Of a stretch of 64,000 nt of DNA, positions 28,857-37,811 are shown one piece after another. Position 1 is the stretch's first letter. Each line of letters opens with the position of its first letter. Made by a program: the position numbers and the translations under genes. Source of the stretch: Thermodesulfovibrionales bacterium (GTDB taxonomy: Bacteria; Nitrospirota; Thermodesulfovibrionia; Thermodesulfovibrionales; SM23-35); assembly GCA_049700155.1 (NCBI GenBank), contig JBNAVX010000020.1:13906-77905 (forward strand), read 5' to 3'. The notes beneath the pieces were generated by a model. It did no database searches and had not been told where the DNA came from. It saw nothing but the letters and a program-made list of their open reading frames with translations.

Positions 28857-29252
28857 ATGAAGGGATATGTGGTTGACATTGAAAAAGAAACCAAAGAAAA
28901 CAAATATTTTCGCAAGGTCATTTATACTGCAAAAAACAGCCAGTTGGTCGTAATGTGTTTAAAGCCAGGTGAAGAAATCGGGGAAGAGGTACATGAACTT
29001 GATCAATTCATTCGGATAGAAAAAGGAAAGGGTAAAGCTGTTCTTGATGGTGTAGAACACAAGATTAAAGATGATTACGCAATTGTTATACCAGCAGGTA
29101 CCAAGCATAACATCATCAATACTTCAAAAGATGATGAGTTGAAACTCTATACAATTTATTCCCCACCACAACATAGAGACGGTGTTATTCACAAAACAAA
29201 AGCTGATGCTATGGCTGATGACGAACATTTTGACGGTAAGACTACAGAGTGA
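28857..29252 (+). CDS. Cupin domain protein
   Basis: 131 aa. GEEIGEEVHELDQFIRIEKGKG...IPAGTKHNIIN, the two-motif cupin signature. A strong AAAGGAGG Shine-Dalgarno sequence lies upstream. Confidence 0.8.
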   Translation: MKGYVVDIEKETKENKYFRKVIYTAKNSQLVVMCLKPGEEIGEEVHELDQFIRIEKGKGKAVLDGVEHKIKDDYAIVIPAGTKHNIINTSKDDELKLYTIYSPPQHRDGVIHKTKADAMADDEHFDGKTTE

Positions 29253-29261
29253 TTCTTAACT

Positions 29262-29591
29262 GTGAGACTATTTTCTCTTGATAAAGCTCCTCTTGAGCCT
29301 GTTAGTCATAACCCTGAACTGAAAAAGAGAGTACTTACTCACGATACTCTTCCTCATATAAAACACATAAGTCACATAATTCTTCATCCGGGAGATAGTG
29401 CTTCTGAGCATGTTCATAATGATTCTTTCGAGGTGTTCTACTGTATTAGGGGCAACGCAGAATTCTTGATAAAAGGAGAATGTGTCTCCATTAAAGATGG
29501 AATTTTACTCTTTGTTGAACCAGGAGAAGTTCACTCTATTCCCAAAATAAAAGAAGAAACAGAGCTTCTATATTTTCGTGTATCAAAGTAA
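29262..29591 (+). CDS. Cupin domain protein (GTG start)
   Basis: 109 aa. PGDSASEHVHNDSFEVFYCIRG...EPGEVHSI cupin motifs. Confidence 0.7.
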   Translation: MRLFSLDKAPLEPVSHNPELKKRVLTHDTLPHIKHISHIILHPGDSASEHVHNDSFEVFYCIRGNAEFLIKGECVSIKDGILLFVEPGEVHSIPKIKEETELLYFRVSK

Positions 29592-29645
29592 GCTAATAGA
29601 TTTGAGTGTTGAAAAGATTAAAGAATTTTATCTATAATTCAAAAC

Positions 29646-30728
29646 GTGAATAACAAAATCCTCATGAAAGGCAATGAGGCACTTGCTGAGGCAGCGATTC
29701 AGGCAGGTTGTCGCTTTTATGCAGGATATCCCATAACTCCCCAGAACGAGATACCTGAATATATGTCATGGAGAATGCCTGAAGTAGGAGGAATTTTTGT
29801 CCAGGCTGAAAGTGAACTATCTGCAATCAATATTGTTTACGGAGCATCTGTTGCTGGATTAAGGGCGATGACCTCATCAAGTAGTCCAGGAATAAGTCTC
29901 AAGCAGGAGACAATATCATATCTTGCAGGAGCAGAACTTCCAGCAGTGATTGTAGATGTGCAGAGAGGTGGACCTGGTCTCGGGAATATATCTGGGAGCC
30001 AGGGTGATTATTTCCAGGCTGTTAAAGGCGGGGGGCATGGAGACTATAGACTCCTTGTCTATGCCCCATATAACCTTCAGGAGATATGGGACCTTACTAT
30101 GCTTGCTTTTGATAAGGCAGACGAATACAGAAACCCTGTTATGATTCTCACTGATGGTGTTATAGGACAGGTAATGGAACCTTTTAATCCAACACCTTAT
30201 GTCCGACCAGACTTACCGAAAAAAGACTGGATACTCGATGGATGCAAGGGAAGGCAACCACGCGTTATCAGATCATTATGTATGGGGGAGGGAGAACTTG
30301 AGAGAAAAATTTTACATCTTCAGAAAAAATATAAAATGATGAAAGAGAAAGATGTAAAATTCGAGATATATTTTTCTGATGATGCAGATATTCTAATAGT
30401 AGCCTTTGGAATAGCGGCAAGAATTGCTTTATCAGCAGTCAAGATGCTTAGACGTGAGCGTATTAAAATTGGGCTCTTCAGACCTATTACACTTTTTCCA
30501 TTCCCTGAAAAAGAACTATACACACTTGCTGAAACAAAGAGAATCTTTGTCACAGTAGAAATGAATACAGGTCAAATGGTTGAAGATGTTCGACTTGCAG
30601 TAAATGGTAAAGCAGAGGTTTTCTTTTATGGACGTCCCGGTGGAACTATATTGACGCCAGAAGAGATTTATGAACATATAAAGGATCTTATTGGCATACG
30701 TCACTCACTAACCACTAATAAACACTAA
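29646..30728 (+). CDS. 2-oxoacid:ferredoxin oxidoreductase alpha subunit (KorA/VorB-type), with no partner subunits adjacent
   Basis: 360 aa. GNEALAEAAIQAGCRFYAGYPITPQNEI and SELSAINIVYGASVAGLRAMTSSSSPG. No beta, gamma or delta subunit gene follows. Confidence 0.88.
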   Translation: MNNKILMKGNEALAEAAIQAGCRFYAGYPITPQNEIPEYMSWRMPEVGGIFVQAESELSAINIVYGASVAGLRAMTSSSSPGISLKQETISYLAGAELPAVIVDVQRGGPGLGNISGSQGDYFQAVKGGGHGDYRLLVYAPYNLQEIWDLTMLAFDKADEYRNPVMILTDGVIGQVMEPFNPTPYVRPDLPKKDWILDGCKGRQPRVIRSLCMGEGELERKILHLQKKYKMMKEKDVKFEIYFSDDADILIVAFGIAARIALSAVKMLRRERIKIGLFRPITLFPFPEKELYTLAETKRIFVTVEMNTGQMVEDVRLAVNGKAEVFFYGRPGGTILTPEEIYEHIKDLIGIRHSLTTNKH

Positions 30729-30780
30729 CTTCATTTGTCTTAATCTATTAACCCATATTATTCATAAAATTTTTGGCAGA

Positions 30781-30871
30781 TGCAGTATTCGAGCGGATTT
30801 AAATTCTTTCGAAGAAAGAATTTACCTCGGAGGCTCGATCTTAATCGAGCCGAGAATGAGCGAGAATACTG
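30781..30871. repeat. GC-enriched compound palindromic element: outer inverted repeat enclosing two perfect hairpins
   Basis: Outer pairing is CAGTATTC (30782-30789) with GAATACTG (30863-30870). Hairpin 1 pairs TAAATTCTTTC (30799-30809) with GAAAGAATTTA (30813-30823). Hairpin 2 pairs GGCTCGAT (30831-30838) with ATCGAGCC (30843-30850). The element lies between convergent genes. Confidence 0.6.
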
Positions 30872-30909
30872 TATATGCCGATTACTCATAAGTTAATGAA
30901 TTAAGTGGG

Positions 30910-31449
30910 TTAAAGTTTTTCAAACTCCTTTTTAAAATAAACTAAAGTTGAATCATCAAATATACAGAACTCCACTATATTTAAAGATGTCTTTTCATCT
31001 TCTCTTAAAAATCTCGCACATTCTTGAACGAGTATCTCTGCACATCTATCTTTTGGAAACCCGAATATGCCTGAACTTATTGCTGGTATAGATATGCTCT
31101 TTAAACCCTTCTCCGACGCAAGCTTAAGACTACTTAGAACAGCACTCTTAAGTTTATTATCCTCGTCTCCCTCACCCATCTTTGGACCAACTGCATGTAT
31201 AACAAATTTTGAAGGCAACCTGCCAGCTCCAGTAATAACTGCAGTACCAACAGGCGTAAAACCTATCCTGTTACTTTCTTCCTGTATGATCTGCCCACCC
31301 TTTCTAACAATTGCACCTGCAACTCCACCACCATGCTTGAGATATGAATTTGCAGCATTCACTATTGCATCAACATCTCTATCAGTAATATCACCCTGAA
31401 CAAGTCTCAGTATTTTTCCATTAATCTCTTTCTCATAGATTATCTTCAT
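30910..31449 (-). CDS. Macro domain protein (ADP-ribose binding / O-acetyl-ADP-ribose deacetylase, YmdB-like)
   Basis: 179 aa. DAIVNAANSYLKHGGGVAGAI and SISIPAISSGIFGFP macro-domain signatures. Confidence 0.9.
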   Translation of the reverse strand: MKIIYEKEINGKILRLVQGDITDRDVDAIVNAANSYLKHGGGVAGAIVRKGGQIIQEESNRIGFTPVGTAVITGAGRLPSKFVIHAVGPKMGEGDEDNKLKSAVLSSLKLASEKGLKSISIPAISSGIFGFPKDRCAEILVQECARFLREDEKTSLNIVEFCIFDDSTLVYFKKEFEKL

Positions 31450-31484
31450 AAAACCCTCCTTGTCCTGTTAAGTATTCGTATTCC

Positions 31485-32708
31485 CTATGCCCTTATCACA
31501 TCCATGGGCTGTATTTTTGTTGCCTTTTTTGATGGATAAATACCTGCAATTATGCCAACTCCCACTGATGCAAAAAAAGATATCAAGAGCCCTGTCAGAG
31601 AAATAGTAAAAGGAAGCTTTGAGACTGTAAAGATAATAAGAGTTGTTATGAAACTTGCCACCACACCAACTGTTCCACCACTTAAGGATATAAAGGCTGA
31701 CTCTATTATAAATTGAAGAATAATATCTCGTTTTCTTGAACCAACTGCTCTTCTTATGCCAATCTCTACCCTCCTTTCATTCACTATGAGAATCATGATA
31801 GACAAGATTCCAATACCACCTATAAAAAAAGAGACTGCGGCAGCAACTTTACCAAGAATATTTACCATTGACATTGCCTGTGTCTTTAAAGCCATAACAT
31901 CTTTTAAATCAATAACAGTAAAATCATCTTTTTGTTCATCTTGTATCTTGTGTCTCTTCCTCAATAAAGCCTCTATGTCAGTCTTTACCAATGGGATAGA
32001 TTTTTCATCAATTACCTGAATAGAAATACTATTAATATAATTTTTGTTGACAAATCTTCTTAGAAAGGTATTTAAAGGCATGAAAATTTGATTGTCCTGA
32101 TTAAATCCTGATATATCCACACCTTTTTCTTCCATTATCCCTATCACTTGACATGGAACCCTCCATATAAGGATAAAGCGTCCTATGGGATTATCCTCAC
32201 CAAAAAGGTTTTTTGCAACTTCTCTGCCAAGCACAGCTACTCTATTTAAATTTTTATTATCCTCTTCAGTAATAAAACTGCCTTCCTCTACATAAAAATT
32301 CCTTACCTCAGGATAATTTGGCATTACTCCCATAACAAGGACTGATTTTAAGGTTATATCCCCGTATCTGATAGGAAATGTTTTATTCCCTGATGGTGAT
32401 ACTGCTTTTATAAATGGTGAACTCTGAAGTATCGCTTCAGAGTCCTCAACTGTGAGTGTGGTAGCCTCACTCAACAACCTTGTGATAGTTCCGAACCTTC
32501 TTACAACCCCGCTTCTCACAATAAGTAGATTCTTGCCAAGGTTTTCTGCTTCCTCTTCAGTCTTTTTTGCTAATGAATCAGATAGGTTGGATACAACAAC
32601 AAGAGAAAAGGTTCCAAGAAATACGCCGAGAATAGCAAGGGCTGTTCTCAGTTTAAAATTCAAGAGTGACCGAATCGCTATTTTAAGGTTTAGAAATATT
32701 CTCTTCAT
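31485..32708 (-). CDS. ABC transporter permease, MacB/FtsX type (MacB periplasmic domain plus FtsX C-terminal helices)
   Basis: 407 aa. N-terminal TM helix, large periplasmic domain, and a C-terminal 3-TM FtsX module with EIGIRRAVGSRKRDI. Confidence 0.88.
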   Translation of the reverse strand: MKRIFLNLKIAIRSLLNFKLRTALAILGVFLGTFSLVVVSNLSDSLAKKTEEEAENLGKNLLIVRSGVVRRFGTITRLLSEATTLTVEDSEAILQSSPFIKAVSPSGNKTFPIRYGDITLKSVLVMGVMPNYPEVRNFYVEEGSFITEEDNKNLNRVAVLGREVAKNLFGEDNPIGRFILIWRVPCQVIGIMEEKGVDISGFNQDNQIFMPLNTFLRRFVNKNYINSISIQVIDEKSIPLVKTDIEALLRKRHKIQDEQKDDFTVIDLKDVMALKTQAMSMVNILGKVAAAVSFFIGGIGILSIMILIVNERRVEIGIRRAVGSRKRDIILQFIIESAFISLSGGTVGVVASFITTLIIFTVSKLPFTISLTGLLISFFASVGVGIIAGIYPSKKATKIQPMDVIRA

Positions 32709-33919
32709 CTCTTTACAGCTTCTATAGGCTTCAAGTCAGCTGCCCTTTTTGCAGGCTGTAACCCAAAACCAATTCCAACAACCCACGAAAGAAATAAACC
32801 CACAACAAATGCTTTCCATGAAAAATATATAGGAAACTCTGCAATAAATTTGAGAAGTTTGGAAGATATCAGAGCAAGTATGAAGCCGAATACCCCCCCA
32901 GTGGTTGTCAAGATGACTGCTTCACATAAAAACTGAAAAAGTATATCTCTCTTTTTTGCGCCAACTGCCCTCCTTATTCCAATTTCATTTGTCCTTTCTC
33001 TGACAGATAACAAAAACAGGTTTGCAAGCACAAAGCCAGCAACGCCCAGAGATATAATCCCTGTGATTCCGAGAAATATAATGAGTGACCCAGTAAGGGC
33101 AACGAGGAACTTTATAATCTCTTTTGGAGAGATTATTGTGAAGTCATCTGGTTCTCCTTCAGGAATTCCGTGTCTTTTTCTTAGAAATGCTCTGAGTTCC
33201 TCAATGTAATTATATAAATTTTCCTGATCCATAAATCTAACTCTCAATGCTCTTACATATTTTGTTTCGTTCTCCAATTTCCTCATGAGTGTAGTAATCG
33301 GAATAACAATTCTGTCATCAAGGTTCTCACCAGCAGGAGAAGTTCCCCTTTCTGAAAGAACTCCTACTATCTGCACAGGGATAGTCTTGATAAGGACATA
33401 CTTTCCTATAGGGCTTTCATTCCTGAAGAGCTCTTTTACGAGATACTGTCCAATGAGACCTACATTTCTTAAACCCTTAACATCTTCTTCAGTAAAATCA
33501 GAACCTTCAACAACAGGCCATGACCATACAAGACTGTAATCGCTTGTTGAACCAACTATCAGGGTTTGATATTTCTTTTCCTTATAAGATATAGTTACCT
33601 CTCTCATAGCTGTCATTGGGACTACCAGATATGCACTATCAAAAGCCTCTTTGATGGCTTTTATATCATCAAGTGTAATCGTCTTCTGTCTCTCTCCAAC
33701 AGCCCTTGCCTCTTCACTTCCACCGATAATAAGTAAGGAATCAGGACCAAACCGTGCAACTATCTCAAAAGCCTTTTTATAAGCCCCTTCAGTAGCTGCA
33801 ACAATAACAGTAATTGAAGATATACCAAGGGCAACACTGATCAAACAGAATAGTGTCCTCAGCTTGTATGAGCGAACAGCTTTGATAGACTGGAATATAA
33901 TCTTAAAAAATCTGTCCAT
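32705..33919 (-). CDS. ABC transporter permease, MacB/FtsX type (second paralog)
   Basis: 404 aa with the same architecture and EIGIRRAVGAKKRDI. Overlaps the downstream permease gene by 4 nt. Confidence 0.88.
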   Translation of the reverse strand: MDRFFKIIFQSIKAVRSYKLRTLFCLISVALGISSITVIVAATEGAYKKAFEIVARFGPDSLLIIGGSEEARAVGERQKTITLDDIKAIKEAFDSAYLVVPMTAMREVTISYKEKKYQTLIVGSTSDYSLVWSWPVVEGSDFTEEDVKGLRNVGLIGQYLVKELFRNESPIGKYVLIKTIPVQIVGVLSERGTSPAGENLDDRIVIPITTLMRKLENETKYVRALRVRFMDQENLYNYIEELRAFLRKRHGIPEGEPDDFTIISPKEIIKFLVALTGSLIIFLGITGIISLGVAGFVLANLFLLSVRERTNEIGIRRAVGAKKRDILFQFLCEAVILTTTGGVFGFILALISSKLLKFIAEFPIYFSWKAFVVGLFLSWVVGIGFGLQPAKRAADLKPIEAVKR

Positions 33920-33925
33920 GAAACT

Positions 33926-34594
33926 TTATTCAGAAATAATCCCATCTTTTATATGAATAATTCTCCTTGCATATTCAGCTATATGAGGGTCGTGAGTCAC
34001 AAGCACTACTGTCTTCCCCTGCTCATTCATCCTTGATAGTATATCCATGATTTCATTTGCTGTCTTACTATCAAGCTGGCCTGTAGGCTCATCTGCAAGA
34101 AGAAGATCTGGCTCATTTATCAATGCCCTTGCAATTGCAACACGTTGTTGCTCACCACCTGAGAGCTGGCTTGGTCTGAATCGAGCCCTACCTTCTAACC
34201 CAACAAGCTTTAAAAGTTCCATCGCCTTCTTTTTTGCGCTGTCACTCCGAGTACTGATATAAAGGGTTGGCAACAGCACATTTTCGAGGACAGTAGCATA
34301 GGGAAGAAGATAAAAGTTCTGAAATACAAAACCTATGTGTTCATTCCTTATCTCTGATAATTCATCATCAGTGAGGCTTGAAACCTCTCTTTCAGCTAAT
34401 ATATATCTACCTGAAGAGGCTGTATCAAGACATCCAATGATATTCATAAGGGTTGTCTTACCAGAACCTGAGGTTCCCATTATTGCTATAAATTCTCCTC
34501 TCTCTATTGTAAGATTGATTCCTTTCAATACCTCAACTTGAACATCACCTATCTTATAAGTCTTTTTGATATTTTCCATTACGCATAAAGGCAT
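33926..34594 (-). CDS. ABC transporter ATP-binding protein (MacB/LolD-type)
   Basis: 222 aa. GTSGSGKTT (Walker A), [15 protein letters not shown] (signature), [12 protein letters not shown] (Walker B). Confidence 0.95.
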   Translation of the reverse strand: MPLCVMENIKKTYKIGDVQVEVLKGINLTIERGEFIAIMGTSGSGKTTLMNIIGCLDTASSGRYILAEREVSSLTDDELSEIRNEHIGFVFQNFYLLPYATVLENVLLPTLYISTRSDSAKKKAMELLKLVGLEGRARFRPSQLSGGEQQRVAIARALINEPDLLLADEPTGQLDSKTANEIMDILSRMNEQGKTVVLVTHDPHIAEYARRIIHIKDGIISE

Positions 34595-34606
34595 AAGTTT
34601 CCCGTC

Positions 34607-35803
34607 TTAACTCTTTGGCTTTTCTGAAACTGGCAGGATTAATTTTGTAGCAATAGTATCTCCTTCTTTGAGCCCGGACAGGATCTCTGTATTTTCCTCA
34701 CCTCTTGTGCCAATCTTTAATTCTACTTTTTCAACTCTCTCAGGTCCGATTACTTTATATGCAACCTGTTTTCCGCCTTCGAATTTTATTCCAGCATTCG
34801 GAGCAATAAGGATGTCCTTCTTTTCCTCTACGATTATCTTCACATGTGTCGTCATCTCTGGCTTCAGAAAATGTGTATCATCCTTTATTACCTTTACTAT
34901 TGCAAGATAATAGACAATGTTATCCTTTACAACAGGTTGCGGATAAATTTTTTCTATCTTTCCTTTGAAAATCTTATCAGGAAAGGTATCAACATAATAT
35001 TCTACCTGCTGTCCTACCTTAACCCTTCCTATATCTGTCTCATCAACATATATCCACATCTCAAGGCTTGTTGGGTCAAGTACAGTAACAAGATTAGCGA
35101 CCTGAAGTCCTGTCACGACTGTCTCGCCTTCCTGTGCTGTTACATCTGATACAATACCATCTATTGGTGCATAGATTTTTGTATAGCTGAGTATTGTCTC
35201 GTTCTGTCTTAATCTTGCAGTAATGTCTTCTATATTTGCCTTTGCTATCTTTTCCTGTGTCTTGAATTCATCCTGTAACCTTTTCAAAATTGCTTCTGAT
35301 GCCTCAAATTGACTTTTTGCCTTATCAACAGCATCTACTGTTGTATATTCATGCTTTAAAAGCTCCTGTTCTCTTTCATAATTTATCTTTGCATATTCAT
35401 AATTGGCTTTTGCCTCACGTATGCGTTCTGGATATGTCAACTCTATCTGTTTTAAGGTATTACGAGCAGCATCTAAAGAAGCCTTTTGCTGTTCTATTGC
35501 CTTCTGTATTTCCCGGTCATCTATAAGTGCAATAAGCTCACCTTTTTTTACTCTGTCACCTATCTTGACTTTCATTCTAACAATCTCGCCCGTTGCCCTC
35601 GCACCAATCTTCACAAGTGCCCCAACCTGCGGTTTTATAATCCCTGTTTCAACAATCACACCCCGAATGTTCCCTTTTTGAATCTTTGCAGTCTCTATAA
35701 CTTTAATTGAGGGCTTACTAATAAATTTCTTATATACAAAGATGCCTCCACCAATAATTAATATAGGTAATATTAGAATTAAGAACTTCTTCAGATTTTT
35801 CAA
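34607..35803 (-). CDS. Efflux periplasmic adaptor (membrane fusion protein, HlyD/MacA family)
   Basis: 398 aa. N-terminal anchor, biotinyl-lipoyl-like segments (GDRVKKGELIALID, APIDGIVS) flanking a coiled-coil hairpin. Confidence 0.9.
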   Translation of the reverse strand: MKNLKKFLILILPILIIGGGIFVYKKFISKPSIKVIETAKIQKGNIRGVIVETGIIKPQVGALVKIGARATGEIVRMKVKIGDRVKKGELIALIDDREIQKAIEQQKASLDAARNTLKQIELTYPERIREAKANYEYAKINYEREQELLKHEYTTVDAVDKAKSQFEASEAILKRLQDEFKTQEKIAKANIEDITARLRQNETILSYTKIYAPIDGIVSDVTAQEGETVVTGLQVANLVTVLDPTSLEMWIYVDETDIGRVKVGQQVEYYVDTFPDKIFKGKIEKIYPQPVVKDNIVYYLAIVKVIKDDTHFLKPEMTTHVKIIVEEKKDILIAPNAGIKFEGGKQVAYKVIGPERVEKVELKIGTRGEENTEILSGLKEGDTIATKLILPVSEKPKS

Positions 35804-35809
35804 ATCTTT

Positions 35810-37087
35810 TTAACCTCCTGTAATATTCTCCAATTTTTCTATGCCTGCAATCCTTTCAAGTAGAGTTTTTGATAAAATCAAATTCAACCTTGAAATTATA
35901 AGCTGTTCTCTTGCATTAGCAAGGAGGCTCTCAGCCTGAACTAAGGATAATATATCAGCTTTTCCGACTTTATATTCTCCAAAGGCTTGATTGTAGTTAT
36001 GCTCTGCCTGCTTGAGTTGCTCCTGTGCTACTTTCAAATTATTTGAAGCTGTTATAAAATCTTCATATGTCTTATGAACATCGAGTAAAATCTGCCTCTT
36101 TATCTCATTAAGTTGTTCTAATGATGCATCCTTCTCCAATCCTGAAGACTTGAGCTTAAAGAATTTTCCAAGTTCAAAAATATTCCATGTAGCAGTAACA
36201 TTAGCTACCTTCTCCTCAGGAAAGGCAGTTCTGAATACTCCCCCCTCTGTTTTAAGATAAGATGCATTTAGTGAAAAAGTTGGTAAAAAATTGCTGAGAA
36301 CAAGGGACCTATTATTTTCAGCAATCTTAACTGCATCTTCTGATTGTTTAATCTCTGGCCTTTGTAAAGCAATTTGTGATAACTTTTCTCTATCAGGAGG
36401 TCTAACCTCAAGATCTATTGACCCCTGAATCTCGTATTGACTGTCGAGTGGCTTTCCTATAAGAGAACTGAGTTCTGATAATGACTTTTTAAATTCACCT
36501 TCTGCCTGAATCACGTTAAATCTTGCCTGTTCAAGTCTGACAGATGCCTGAAGAACATCCAGAAGTTTTGCAACGCCAAATTTATATCTTCCTTCGGCAA
36601 CTTCATAATCCTTCTGGGCATCCTGAAGCTGGACCTTTCTCTGTTCAAGAGTCTCTCTTCTGGCAATTGCAGTATAAAATGCAACCTTTACATTAAATTC
36701 AAGATCAAGTAGGTTCTTCCTGAGCTCTTCCTTACTGATATCAAAATTAAGCCCTGCAATATTTCTATTTGCCCTTCTGTTACCGGCATCAAAGAGAATG
36801 TAAGAGAGTGTAAGGTCATACCTTCTCGTGCTGAATTCTTGCTGTGTTGTGTATATCCGATTTTGTGAACTTGAAGCATCAAGGCTTGGTAGATAAGGTG
36901 ACAATGAGGCATTATAAAGTGCTTCTGCAGACTTTGTCCTGATTAATGAAGCCTTATATGACGGTAATGTCTCTTTTGCAAGAGATATAGCTTCATCAAG
37001 GGTAAGGGATTGAGATTCCTGTGACAGGAAGATTAAAAAAGTAATTATTGTAAACAATAATATTTTACTTTTAAAATCTCTTTCCAC
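35810..37087 (-). CDS. TolC-family outer membrane efflux protein
   Basis: 425 aa. Signal peptide, LTLDEAISLAKE start of the OEP repeat, and two tandem OEP-type halves. Confidence 0.9.
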   Translation of the reverse strand: MERDFKSKILLFTIITFLIFLSQESQSLTLDEAISLAKETLPSYKASLIRTKSAEALYNASLSPYLPSLDASSSQNRIYTTQQEFSTRRYDLTLSYILFDAGNRRANRNIAGLNFDISKEELRKNLLDLEFNVKVAFYTAIARRETLEQRKVQLQDAQKDYEVAEGRYKFGVAKLLDVLQASVRLEQARFNVIQAEGEFKKSLSELSSLIGKPLDSQYEIQGSIDLEVRPPDREKLSQIALQRPEIKQSEDAVKIAENNRSLVLSNFLPTFSLNASYLKTEGGVFRTAFPEEKVANVTATWNIFELGKFFKLKSSGLEKDASLEQLNEIKRQILLDVHKTYEDFITASNNLKVAQEQLKQAEHNYNQAFGEYKVGKADILSLVQAESLLANAREQLIISRLNLILSKTLLERIAGIEKLENITGG

Positions 37088-37174
37088 AAAAACCTCCTTT
37101 CTTTATCCTGTTATTTTACATATGTAAGGAAGATAAAGAAAATAGCTGGATTAGTATAAAATCTTTCTTTCCCC

Positions 37175-37208
37175 TTGACAAAGCATACATATTTAGTGTA
37201 CATATGTA
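37175..37208 (+). promoter_or_regulatory. Candidate lexA promoter with an overlapping palindromic operator candidate
   Basis: TTGACA lies at 37175-37180. The perfect 10-bp palindrome TACATATGTA at 37199-37208 ends 3 nt before the lexA ATG. It is nested in ACATAT-N9-ATATGT (37187-37207). No Shine-Dalgarno sequence precedes the ATG. Confidence 0.4.
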
Positions 37209-37211
37209 TAT

Positions 37212-37811
37212 ATGAAAGAACTTACGCAGAAACAGAGAAAAGTATTAGAATTTCTCACCTCATACACAAAAAAATATGGTTATCCTCCTACTGTAAGGGA
37301 AATAGGTAAACATTTCGGTTTTTTCTGGACTGCTGCAAGAGGATTTCTCAAGTCCCTTGAAAGAAAGGGTTTTATAAAAATAAACCCTGCAAGATCAAGG
37401 GGAATAGAAATTATTGGGTTAAAACCTGCTGAAGCCTTGAAGGCTCCTCTCTTAGGAAAGATAAGGGCAGGAAAACCGATTCTGGCAGTAGAAGATACAG
37501 AGTCACATATCTTCATTGACAAATCGCTATTCCCTGTAGAAAATGCCTTCACTTTAAAGGTGACAGGAGATAGCATGATAGAGGCAGGGATACTTGATGG
37601 AGACTTTGTGGTAGTAAAACCACAAAAGGTCATTGAGAATGGGGAAATAGGAGTTGTTCTTATAGGAGATGAGGCAACAGTAAAGCGGGTCTTCAAAGGC
37701 AAAGAAAAGATTATACTCAGACCTGAAAACAAAAATATGAAACCTGAAAAATACAACCCTGATGAAGTAACTATCATAGGCAAGGTAATAGGACTCATAA
37801 GGAAAATATAA
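37212..37811 (+). CDS. lexA: LexA repressor (S24 self-cleaving SOS regulator)
   Basis: 199 aa. N-terminal winged helix LTQKQRKVLEFL...YPPTVREIG. GDSMIEAGILDGDFVVV carries the catalytic Ser, and ATVKR the Lys. Confidence 0.96.
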   Translation: MKELTQKQRKVLEFLTSYTKKYGYPPTVREIGKHFGFFWTAARGFLKSLERKGFIKINPARSRGIEIIGLKPAEALKAPLLGKIRAGKPILAVEDTESHIFIDKSLFPVENAFTLKVTGDSMIEAGILDGDFVVVKPQKVIENGEIGVVLIGDEATVKRVFKGKEKIILRPENKNMKPEKYNPDEVTIIGKVIGLIRKI

